Assembly (NCBI GenBank): GCA_964035575.1 | Contig: OZ037847.1 | Span: 682,001-746,000, forward strand | Source of the DNA: Rhynchopus sp. YZ270_cl-10 | Lineage: Eukaryota | Direction: 5' to 3' | DNA: 64,000 nucleotides | Shown: positions 43,297 through 54,176 of the stretch, piece by piece | How the letters are laid out: the number at the start of each line of letters is the position of its first letter | Position numbering within the stretch: the first letter of the stretch is position 1 | Program-made: the position numbers and the translations under genes | The notes under the pieces: model-generated | Database searches by the model: none | What the model was told of the DNA's origin: nothing | What the model saw: the letters and a program-made list of their open reading frames with translations, nothing else

Positions 43297-44692
43297 CGCA
43301 AAAAAGGGGGAAAGGAGAAAAGGAAAGCCCAGGGAAAGGCTTCAGGTGTTATGTGTGTTTGTGCGAAGTCTGTCAGGTATTGGTTAGGGATATGGGAGAA
43401 GATGGTAAGTGCAGACACCTCTACAGACTGGATGTTTGAACCGCAAAGGGGCACTTCAATTGAGGCGACAGAAAAATTACCACTGACAGCGGGAAGGATC
43501 AGTAGGTAAAGGTTGTTTCGGTTGATTGCCAAAAACTTCCTGTTTGAGGTATGATTGGTGTACCGGTAATATTATAGCTCCTGAAGCAATTCATAGGAAT
43601 ATAAACACTGCAAAAAGAAAATTTGGGGATGAAGGGAAACTTTCTTGTTTTTTTTATTGCTTTTTTTGTATCGTTTGTACGGTATGGGAGGTGGAAGGAG
43701 GCAATGTATATCGGCACGAGAGGAAACAGTTGGGGGAGGGAGGGAGGTAACGAATTACGTTACCATTTTTTTTTCTCCTCAAAAAAAAAAAAAAAATCTC
43801 TCCCACAACCCTTCCCTCAGTTGTACCCAACCCGAACCAAGCCACTTTCTAGCGCTGGTATTTTCGGGTAATATTAATAGCCTTTTTTGCCTCTCTCTTT
43901 CCCTCCCATTTATCCCTTCGCTTTTTTTTTTGTTTTTTTTTTGTTGTTTTTGTTTGTTGTTTTAAAATAATTTTATGGTAGCACTGTAGTCCTGTGGGGT
44001 CTGTTCCACAATAGCATATTACCACAAAAGCTATCTTTTTTTGAAAAAAAAAGAGAAGTTGAAAGTGCAAACGGCTCCTCCACGTCATGGACGGTGAGGC
44101 GGACGTAGACACTGACTCAAAAATAAAAATGCCCCACTCTTCGGGTGAATATAACCAAAAAACCTGTTGGGTGAGGGGAACGGGTGTTCTAACTACGCGT
44201 GGCAGAACCACAACGTAAGAAGGCGGATATGGGGAAGGGAGGGGAGGGAATAAAACAGGAAAAACGTGGGGGGAGATAATGGGGAAATCTAGCATCAAAA
44301 GTGGACTCGTTTGAAAGAAAAAACAGGTGGGAGGGGAGAGGGAAGAGTGTGGAGGGGTGGGGGAGGTGGAAGCATGAGCCGTCCCAATTAAAAAGCCATA
44401 GCCATACAACAGGGGGACACATCGAACTCCGTATCACCCACCCTCTCCACTCTGCCCTCCTCTTCCTGCTAGCGTTCGACTAGTAACCAGCTAAAAGCCG
44501 GCCACTCGTTGTTTAGCCTTCAAAAAATCACGTTGGGGGGGGGGAGGGGGGGAATCATCAAGTACACCTTTGTTTGTATGTGGTCTGGTGGTGTTGCTGT
44601 TTGTTGTTTGCTGTTTCTGCTCTTGTGGATTGCAGATCACATTTGTGAGGCTAGGTGGTGGTGGTGGTGGTGTGGGAACCGAGAGACTGGAA

Positions 44693-45241
44693 TCAGTTTC
44701 TGCAGCTGCTGAGCGCAAGCTGGGAGGTGAGGTTCTTCTGGGAGTTGATCTCCTCGCGCAGCGCGACGATGGTGTTCTGGAGGATGTCCCTCTCTGTCGA
44801 GAAGCTGGCCTCTCTTGCGGTTGCCTCTGCGACCTTCTTCTCGTAGTGCAGCTTCTTCAGGTCCAGCTCAATCTTGACCTTGCTCTCAACCTCCTCGTCG
44901 AAGCGTGCCTTCTTTGCCACACGCTCGTCCTTGTCCTCACGACGCTGCAGGGCGCGGAGGTCGTTCAGCTCGTCAATGTCAATCGAGACCTTGTTCTGCT
45001 TCTGCAGAACGTTCTGGATCGTCATCAGCTCGTGGTCCAGCATGTTCTTGTCGAACTCCTCGGTGCGTGCGTCCTTCTCACGCTCCGCAAGCGCAACCTC
45101 GTCCTGGATGCGCTGCGGCTTCTCCTCCAGATCCCTCAGTGCTGCCACAGACGCAAGGAAGTCGTCCATCTTCTTCGAGATGTCACCCACAACATCAACC
45201 ACCTCGCGGTTTGCAGCGTCGCTCGATCTCTTGCCAGACAT
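44693..45241 (-). CDS. Helical/coiled-coil protein, cluster paralogue 2a (182 aa)
   Basis: ILQNTIVALREEINSQKNLT; GC-rich coding island; duplicated at 53628-54176. Confidence 0.88.
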   Translation of the reverse strand: MSGKRSSDAANREVVDVVGDISKKMDDFLASVAALRDLEEKPQRIQDEVALAEREKDARTEEFDKNMLDHELMTIQNVLQKQNKVSIDIDELNDLRALQRREDKDERVAKKARFDEEVESKVKIELDLKKLHYEKKVAEATAREASFSTERDILQNTIVALREEINSQKNLTSQLALSSCRN

Positions 45242-47035
45242 TTTGTTGGTGTTTTTGTGTTTTTGCAAGAAACGTGTATGCCTGTGTTTGCTTAACGTAG
45301 AATAAACGAAACGAAGCCCACTTGAACACCCAATGCTCCAGTCGGAGGGTTACTGCCCAACACCAAGGCAAGAGACGTATAAAGGTGAAGACGACCCTAA
45401 GCCTCATATAACCATCGTAAGACATCACCTTCATCACAATCGCGAGGATAGAAAAATGTACACCCTCCTTTTTTTTTCTAGAGTTTTTGTGTTTTTTTTG
45501 TGTTTTTTTTTTTTTGTTGTTTTTTTTGTTTTTTTTGCGTTTTTTTTTTTTTTTTTTTCGTGGCATTTTTTATGTATGCATTGGTTTGCTGTTTTTGGTG
45601 CCGTCTTAGGCCCCCCCCGACGCCAGATACCCCTGTCCTGAGTCCACACCCGATTGGCGTGAATTCCGTGTCAACTGGAGAACGGCCTTTGGAGCGAGAT
45701 AATTTGCTCTTTCTTTCAGGGGTTCTGTTTTTACCTTTTTTTTTTTGAGTTTTGTTCACCTCCGTCGTTGTTCTTCGAACCTCGCTTCTGCAGTTCGCGG
45801 TAAAACAAAACTAAATTTTTTTTTTAAAAAATAACGCATAATCACACCGATAGTGTACCTTCTCCCCCCACCCCACTCTTATAACCCTCTCCCCCAGTGA
45901 GATTTTGACACCCCCTCCCATATTCCCTCCCCCCCTCCCCTTTCCTGAACTTATCGTTTGCTTCTTCGTTGTTCTTTAAAGGAAAATGCTACGTTTAGCT
46001 GAGGTAAGAAGAGGGGGGAGAGAGAGAGAGGGTGAAGGGTATGGAGGTTTGTTTACACCTTTCCATATGAGAACAGTCATTTTTTTTTTTTGACTGCTAA
46101 AACATTTTTTTTTTGACCATAACCAAAGCTGCATCAAAAGGGGGGAGAAGAGGGGGGGAAAAATGGGGGGAATCGAAAAGAAATACCAAAAAAGTAAATC
46201 TCTCAAAAATAAGGGAAATCCGCCTGTATGACAGACGAGGTGGCTCCCAATCAAAAGGGAAGGGAGAACGACCCAGGGTTTTATTTGCAAAGAAACGCAA
46301 TAAAATAAAAGAATAAAAAAAAAAAAAAATCTACTTCACACCTTTTTTTTTTCTCTTCTTCTTTCCCTGAGCGGCCCTCACCTATCCCATAAGTAGCTAG
46401 CAGCCTGAAAAACAAAAATCAAAATCTAAGGCCCCCCTTGCGAATAGGAGTCAAAAATAAAAACAAAAAAAAAAAAAAGCTTGTTAGACTTCACAGGCCT
46501 CGTGGGTATCACAATGTATCTGACAATCTTTCAAAAATAGGGGGAAGAGGGGGGGGAAAGGGAGGCGAGAGCCGGGGGAGGGAGGGAAGTGAACATTGCT
46601 TTTTTTTGAAAAACAAAAAAAAAAAAAAAAATCAACAAAAAGGGGAGAATATCGTTTGCAATTAGAGAAAGGATGGTAGTGGGTTTTTGTTTTTAAATAT
46701 ATCTGTTGGTCACGAGTCTGAGAACCCGCGGTGGCTATCGTTGTATTATTTTTCTTTTTTTTGAAAAATTCCTATCCCACCCATCAAAACCTAATTTTTC
46801 TTTTTTTTACAGCATCTTCTTTTTTTTTTTGGAAATATTCACGTACCGTTCCCTCCCACCCCACCTCCCATTTTGCATCGTTGGTTGTTTGGTTTTGGCT
46901 AGGTTTGGTTTTTTTTTTTTTGTATTTTTTTTTTCTTTTCGATCCGGCAATCTCTCCCTTCTTCATCTATCTTTTTTTCACCTCATTTTTGTTCGTCTTT
47001 TTGGGGTGAAGAAAAGAAATGAAAAAAAAAGCTTC

Positions 47036-47608
47036 TTAGTTGTTGCGCATCACCTGGATCGGAGGGGGCTGGGCAGCCGCCTTGGCAATGTCTCCAGTGA
47101 GACGCTTCTGGGACTCAATCTCAACGCGAAGGGCTTCGATGGTTTCGGTGAGAGTACGGCGTTCGGCCTGGAAGGACTTTTCCTTTGCCTCAGCGGTGGC
47201 GAAACGCTCAGCAAAGTCGTGCTCCATGAAACGAAGCTCGTCCTTGACCTTGATCTCGACCTCGGTGTTAAGCTTCTGCTTCTTCTTGGCACGCTCGCTC
47301 TCAACCCCGCTCTCGAGCGCACGGAGCTCCTTGAACTCAAACGCATCAATCATCGTCTTGTTGTGATGCTTCAGGGCCTCCTGCACCTTCTCAAACTCAT
47401 GCGCCGCAATCAGCTTCTCAACAAGCCCCACACGCTCCTCCCTCTCCTTCTCCTCCTTCCCGATGTCGTCGCTGATCGTGTCGACCTTCGAGCGCAGGCC
47501 GGTCACAAAGGAAATGCCCTCAGTGGCTGCCGCAGCCTTGGCATCGATCTCACCTGTCATCAAGTGCAGGTCACGCATCAGAGGTCCGGAGGCGCTGCGC
47601 TTCGGCAT
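47036..47608 (-). CDS. Helical/coiled-coil protein, cluster paralogue 3 (190 aa)
   Basis: TLTETIEALRVEIESQKRLT; collinear with paralogue 2. Confidence 0.88.
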   Translation of the reverse strand: MPKRSASGPLMRDLHLMTGEIDAKAAAATEGISFVTGLRSKVDTISDDIGKEEKEREERVGLVEKLIAAHEFEKVQEALKHHNKTMIDAFEFKELRALESGVESERAKKKQKLNTEVEIKVKDELRFMEHDFAERFATAEAKEKSFQAERRTLTETIEALRVEIESQKRLTGDIAKAAAQPPPIQVMRNN

Positions 47609-47759
47609 TGTAAAGTGTTGTTGTTTTGTGTTGTGTATGGGACCACCTAGAAGGGGAGTGCGTTGAATCCGACCGGAGAGAGAGGGGGAAAAAATGGGAT
47701 TTTGCCCCGAAAACCCTCTATACTCATTGCCCCAACCAGAACGGGAGAAGGGGCATTCT

Positions 47760-50290
47760 ATCACGCAGAGAAGCCGAGAAACCTCGTGTCCTGGTGGCGT
47801 CTACTAGCCTACAGGGGTGGGTCAACGGAGCGGATTGAACCTACCTCATCCATTTGTCCCAGTGGAGGGTGGCGTCGTCCACGCTTTATTGCAAGCTTGC
47901 TCCCCTTCTCAATGCTCCTCCCAGTAAGCGTGCTCCCGTCTCACGCTTGCGCAGGGACCGTCCGCTCACCAAGCAGCAGCGCCGCAATCACAGCGCAAGA
48001 CACCCCACGAGGTTCTCTACGCCACTAAAGGTCCAGCCCACATCAAGAATTGTCGCAACGCCGCACTCACCTCACAGAAGTCGTTCCAGCAGTAGCCCAA
48101 AGGAGATGGCTCGGTAAAGCGATGCAGTACAATGTTCCGCCACAATGACCAAGCTGGGGTACCAGGGGTGTGGTGCCCACCAGCATCATCGTGCCAAACA
48201 CCTTGCCATCCACAGTGACTAAGCTGGGTTCCAGAAGCTGTGCGAAGACAAACGATACCCGCCCGCCCCTGAGTGACCCCCCCTCCCCAGCGAATCCCTC
48301 ATACCTTCATACGATGCGCAGACGTCACCCAAATGCGTGACAGCGCTTTTGGCTGTCGTGTAGACATCATTCGCAACCTTCGGACAATCGGCGTTGTCTT
48401 TGAGAACAAAATCAACAAACGAAAACCTTGAAAAGTGATGCACCCACCATGCAAAACACTCTCTCGCTCAAGAAGGACGCTAGGCCACCGCAGTGACGCC
48501 CTGCATCATATACCCTATCCGTATAGGTGTCGCCTCCACCTACCCACACCCGATACCAGCCACCTCACCTCGCTCACCTCACCTCACCTCACCGCCACTC
48601 ATCTCAAAGGAAACCATCTCCTGCCACAGCCTGGCATAGCAATGCAGGTGTTGCGAAACACCTGGTGCAGCCTGCTGAGTCAGGGACCCCATCGCCCATC
48701 CCACCCAACCTACCCCACCCACGAATGCTTGAAACACCATCCAAAACTGCATCACAGCACTCCAGGCATCTAGACAATTCCAAGTGGACAGCAGTTGAAC
48801 TGTTCGGCGCCGTCCTCCTCTATGGCCCAAATGCACCACCCCACACATCAGCCAAGACGTGCTGCCCACTGACAGCCGCATGCTCAACCATCCCACAGCC
48901 ACATCCACACCCGGAACAACGCGCCACACCGCGCATTGGCAACAACCAAGAGCAAATTGAACCTATGTCCACAAGGTGTCAATCCTCACAACCCCAGAGT
49001 GCCAATAATGCATTCAGATCAGATGCTCACACGAGACAACACAGAACGGTGTGACAGCTTCCCACCCCACCCAAAACCTACCCCGCTCCGCGTTGTTCGA
49101 CCCCTATCCTCAAAGAAAAGTTAAGCCTCTCGTGCACAATCACCAAAGAGAGGTTCCTAAGGCCAACCTCAGCCCATAGCGCTTAGCTGCCCCCCCCCCC
49201 CAAAAAAAACGGACCCTCTGTACGGCAGCTACACTCAACCAACAGATTCTCAAAAAAGCGCAGAAACCTGCCTCAGGGACAATAGGGATGCGGCAGTGCT
49301 TCGGCACCCCCCTGTCCATATGCGTCGTCCAACCCACCACCACCCACCACCCCCCCTCATTCTCCTTGGCCCTCCAATTCTCTCAGGTGTGCAACGCTGA
49401 ATAGGCCAACAGTGCCATCTGGGTCGGGAGGGTCATGTTCACACAATCGCCATCACCATCCCTGGTCAGCAGTGGTAACCCCAACCCTCAAAGGAGACGT
49501 TTGCTCTGTTCCCACGCATCTTCAGAACTGTCCAAACTGCGGCAAACAACGTGAAGCGAAGTAAAGGGCAGCTTGCAGACGAGCTCTACCACCAGCCTCG
49601 TCTGCGTGCAACAAAAACCCGCTCCCCGCGCAAGACGCTTTCATCAATGCTGCTGTGCCCCTGCCACCCCACCCCGTTGCTGCACCACTGAAAACGGCCC
49701 AAACACACCAAACACAATGTCGTGCCCCACTGCCAAGCATAACCAAGCACATTCCCCCACCCATGGCGCACACACGGCACTGTGCTGGTTTTGAACAGAA
49801 CATGGTATGTAAAGATCAAAACGAACGCCATCTGGGAAATCAATCACCCAACCCACAAAACCACATCCAACAGGGTGGCATGAGCACACATTCCGCCGAA
49901 GAACCCGCTAACCCAGCTGTCCATCCCAACCCAACCTCTCCACCGATCACCAGCCAACCACGCAGAATCCCATTTTCATCGACGGTCGACAAAAGAAAGA
50001 TTGCAGCGCAGTTGGACAAAAAAAACAAGGTTTACATAATTTCAGAAGAAAATGTGCAACCTGTTTCCCCACTTCCTTACAGCGTTTCTACACACCCCGC
50101 CACGCCTGCCAAACACCTCTGAGCGAACCCACCAAAGCAAACCCCGAAAACCCGGTATTTTTCAGGAAGTGAACGTCCAGCTAGATATACGGTCAATTCG
50201 GCCCGCTGTACAGCAGACCAATACCGTGGGACTCTCCCCGCACCTAATGCAATGACAGCCGTGGTATCCCCAATACCCATCTCACGCTAG
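47760..50290 (-). pseudogene. Possible heavily decayed retroelement
   Basis: About 2.5 kb, GC-richer than the flanking spacers and mostly free of their homopolymer texture, with broken frames; RNase H-like AVQRAEL near 50195-50215 and a weak RGVP(QG)-like trace near 49300. Confidence 0.3.
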
Positions 50291-51344
50291 GTTAAACAAA
50301 AGTTGACTTGAAATACAAAGCCCTCTCGCGACAGTGTACCTTTGGTACAATGACCGGCTGTACCGGGGGTGGACAGCCAACCATGCAGTCCCTACAATCC
50401 ATTTCGTGGTTTACATCTGATCAAAAAGGGATAAAAAGGATATCTTTTGTTTTATCGTCGTTGAAAAGTTCTAGAGGGGGTAAGGGGGGGCGAGAAAAAA
50501 AAATGGGACGTTGCGCTCAGAAGCAAATTCCAAACGTGAAGGGGAAAAACCCACTGAAAAGGGAGGGTTTTAGAATAGTCAGGTACTGATCTAGAATTCG
50601 AGATTTTTTTTTTTTGGGAAAAATGGAGGAGTGCAGTAAAAAAGAAAGTGTTTTTAACAGCATCTCGGTCTTAGTCACCTTCAATCACAATAGTTAAATA
50701 AAGTTGGTTAAGATGATCTTAAACTTCTTCGTAACATTTCTTTCAACCAAAACGCACCCCCCCCATAGGAAATTCTGACTTTTTTAAATAAAGGTGGGAA
50801 ATGACTAAGGACTAGTCAAGCCCCTCAACACCCTTTGATCAGTACCTGAAGGGGAAGGACCGTGCACATGTAAGAAGGTCGTACTAATAAGCTCGTGTTT
50901 CGCAAAACAAAAATTATTTGCACGCTTCATCACATTTAGATAGGCTTTGCGGTGGTCAAGAGGAGAAAAAACAAAACCAAAAAAAAAAAAAAAAAAAAGA
51001 TGAAAAGGGGAACCAAAAGAAACGGGTTGAAGGGGACATCGTCAGTTTCACTATTTTTTTAAATTTTTTTCAGTCTCAATTTTTGCATGATTTTTTGTGG
51101 TATCAACCGTCTATTAGTGTAGTATCATGACCCCAAGATAATGCAAAATGAAACAAAAGAGTGAAGCTGCGAATACCAGGTCTTTATCACGATAGTCAAT
51201 ATAACCCGGTTTTCCAGGGGTTTTTCGCCAAGGGGTGCTGGGAGGGCCTTCGTGGGGTCTCACCCCCCAAATCCTGAAACCCCAAATCCTGGCAAAAACC
51301 CTCTTTTCAACAAAAAAAAACAAAAACAAAAAAAAAGAACTTGA

Positions 51345-51380
51345 AAGATGAAGTGTACCCCTCGTGCACACACATCTAAA
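51345..51380 (-). repeat. Dispersed hairpin, subtype B (also near 22400, 23396, 36363, 54503, 56114, 56508)
   Basis: AGATG AAG TGTAC ccctc GTGCA CACA CATCT. Confidence 0.7.
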
Positions 51381-51816
51381 AAGGGGGGGAGGGGATAGGT
51401 AATAAAACAAAAAAGTAGCACTCATGTCCAGCTTTTCTTTTCTTCTTTTTCCCTCTTTTCTACCTCCTCACCTCACCGCCCCACCCGCTCCTCTCGCCCT
51501 CTTTTTTTATGGGGCAAGAAATTTGGTTGGGATACCGAACGATCTCGCGCGATATCTGAAAAAATGTTTTGCACTCTCCCTCCTCATCCTATCAACTGAA
51601 TGGGGTGACAGGGAAGTTTCTGCGCTCATTGGTACAACAGAATGCATCTAGGACTTTCCGCATGAATTTTTTTTTTTTAAAAATATGCGTCTTGTGTACC
51701 GATACACAATAAGGACCACCTCCCCCCCCGCCCCACCCAATGGAAAAAACACATATCAAGCAAAGAGCCTGCATCAGTGTTCACTTTTTTTACCCCATAT
51801 TTTTTTTTTTTTGTGC

Positions 51817-52479
51817 TTATTTTGCTCTGACAATGTCGCTGGAGAGTTTTTTCTGGGAGGCGATTTCGTTGCGAAGAGATTTGATCTCTTCGTGGAGTGC
51901 CCTGCGCTCTGCTTCGATTGCGTTTTCTGTGGCCTGCGCTTCAGCAAAGGTGCTCGCAAATTCGAGCTCTTGGAAGCGGGCTTGGTCTGCAACCTTCATT
52001 GCAATTTCTTGCGCCATCTTCTGTTTGTCCTGCTCCTTCTCTTGGTCACGCTCGTTGTTGAGGTTGCGGAGTGTGTACACTTCCATCTGGTCAACCGCAA
52101 TTTTGTTAGACTCTTTCAGCGCAGCCTGCACCACTGCAAGCTCATGCGATTCGATCTCCTTCTCAATGCGCCCCATCATATCTGCCTTGCGTTTGTCCTC
52201 CTCATAGATCCTATCGCTGATGGCGTCCATTCTGTCCTTGATGTCCGGCAGCAGGTCGTATGCTTTCATGAACTCCGCAAGCTTTCCGGACACCACCTGC
52301 GTCTGCCTCTTGAGGATACGGTACTGCGGGCCCCTCCTCGGCAGGCTCGCGGCCTTAGCAGGGGATCCCAAAGGCGACCCAGAAGCGCTCAAACCAGACT
52401 GCAGGCCAGAGCTGTGGGTCGCAGCAAGGTCCACTGCGAGGGTCGGCTGCGGGCTTCCGAGAGAGTTGGAGGAGGCCAT
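51817..52479 (-). CDS. Helical/coiled-coil protein, cluster paralogue 4 (220 aa)
   Basis: ALHEEIKSLRNEIASQKKLS; Ser/Pro-rich N-terminal extension. Confidence 0.88.
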   Translation of the reverse strand: MASSNSLGSPQPTLAVDLAATHSSGLQSGLSASGSPLGSPAKAASLPRRGPQYRILKRQTQVVSGKLAEFMKAYDLLPDIKDRMDAISDRIYEEDKRKADMMGRIEKEIESHELAVVQAALKESNKIAVDQMEVYTLRNLNNERDQEKEQDKQKMAQEIAMKVADQARFQELEFASTFAEAQATENAIEAERRALHEEIKSLRNEIASQKKLSSDIVRAK

Positions 52480-53627
52480 TGTGTGGTGTGTTGTGTGTGC
52501 TGTGAATGTTTTTTTGTGATAGAAAAGGCGTGAAAACAGAACCTCAGGATATATGGAGGGGCTCTGTACGCACAGTGTTAAGGGCTGTTCTGGTTGATCT
52601 TCCGTGTAGCGAATACTGTATGAGTTTTTAAAACAAAAGTATTTGGGGCGAAAACAGAAGCCCTTTTTTTTTTGTCCAGGTTTCCAAACGAAAAAAGTAA
52701 AAAAAGAGGGAGACGGGGGAAGGGAGAAACCAGTGGAAGGAACCATCACCCATCCCCATCCCACACCCCCCTATCATTTACAACGCTAAGCGAAGCAATT
52801 GAAGGGGAGAAGTGAGGGAGGGGGAGGAGGATCGGTGGGGAACCCTCATAGAGGGCTTAAAAGTAGGAGAAAAAAAAAATCTCGAAATCTAAATAAGATC
52901 CCGAAAAAAAAAGGAAAACACGTTTCAACGGAGGGGGGGAAGGGTGTTCTAGCACTGCGTAGTAAACAATAATCATTTTTTTTTTTTTTGTTTTTTTTTT
53001 TCATTCTAACCATCATTGTCAAAAGACAGGATAGTAGAGAGCTGTTCTTCTTTAAAAATATCGGTCATTTTTTCCGGCAGTGTGAAGTCTAATACCGAAC
53101 ACGATTTGGTCATCAAAAGAAAATTCAACTTTTCTTTTGGTTTGCCTCTTCATGCAAGGAGGGAGAGGTGGGGGAGACGGGATGTGGCAGGGGTGAGAGC
53201 ATGCAGATAACATACGTTGGCCTGTGTTTGTGAGCATGTGAAAATGTCAAGTTTTTTTTAAATGCTTTTTTTATGTCTTTTTTTTGAGTGGAGAAAAAAA
53301 ATGCCCGTGTTTTTCTTTGCAAAGTGTGGGCACAAGGAAGAATATCCTGCAGAACACACTAAATAAACCCACTCACCCACCCCAACCCGTGTTGAGTGGA
53401 AACGGTATTACCACGCAATGGGGGGAAGGGGAGGGTGAGGAAAAAAAAAATAGGGTGGAATACAAATGCTTCCACAGTTCTTTTGGTTGGTTGATCTGGT
53501 TGCTATTTCTTTTTTCATTTTTTTTTGTAAAAAAACTTTTTTTTCCCTTCTTTTGGTGCGGTTTGGTCGCTGGACGTTGCTGTCATCACACACAAGGCTA
53601 GGTGGTGTGGGAACCGAGAGACTGGAA

Positions 53628-54176
53628 TCAGTTTCTGCAGCTGCTGAGCGCAAGCTGGGAGGTGAGGTCCTTCTGGGAGTTGATCTCCTCGCGCAGCGCG
53701 ACGATGGTGTTCTGGAGGATGTCCCTCTCTGTCGAGAAGCTGGCCTCTCTTGCGGTTGCCTCTGCGACCTTCTTCTCGTAGTGCAGCTTCTTCAGGTCCA
53801 GCTCAATCTTGACCTTGCTCTCAACCTCCTCGTCGAAGCGTGCCTTCTTTGCCACACGCTCGTCCTTGTCCTCACGACGCTGCAGGGCGCGGAGGTCGTT
53901 CAGCTCGTCAATGTCAATCGAGACCTTGTTCTGCTTCTGCAGAACGTTCTGGATCGTCATCAGCTCGTGGTCCAGCATGTTCTTGTCGAACTCCTCGGTG
54001 CGTGCGTCCTTCTCACGCTCCGCAAGCGCAACCTCGTCCTGGATGCGCTGCGGCTTCTCCTCCAGATCCCTCAGTGCTGCCACAGACGCAAGGAAGTCGT
54101 CCATCTTCTTCGAGATGTCACCCACAACATCAACCACCTCGCGGTTTGCAGCGTCGCTCGATCTCTTGCCAGACAT
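53628..54176 (-). CDS. Helical/coiled-coil protein, cluster paralogue 2b (182 aa)
   Basis: Same protein as 44693-45241 except SQKN to SQKD. Confidence 0.88.
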   Translation of the reverse strand: MSGKRSSDAANREVVDVVGDISKKMDDFLASVAALRDLEEKPQRIQDEVALAEREKDARTEEFDKNMLDHELMTIQNVLQKQNKVSIDIDELNDLRALQRREDKDERVAKKARFDEEVESKVKIELDLKKLHYEKKVAEATAREASFSTERDILQNTIVALREEINSQKDLTSQLALSSCRN

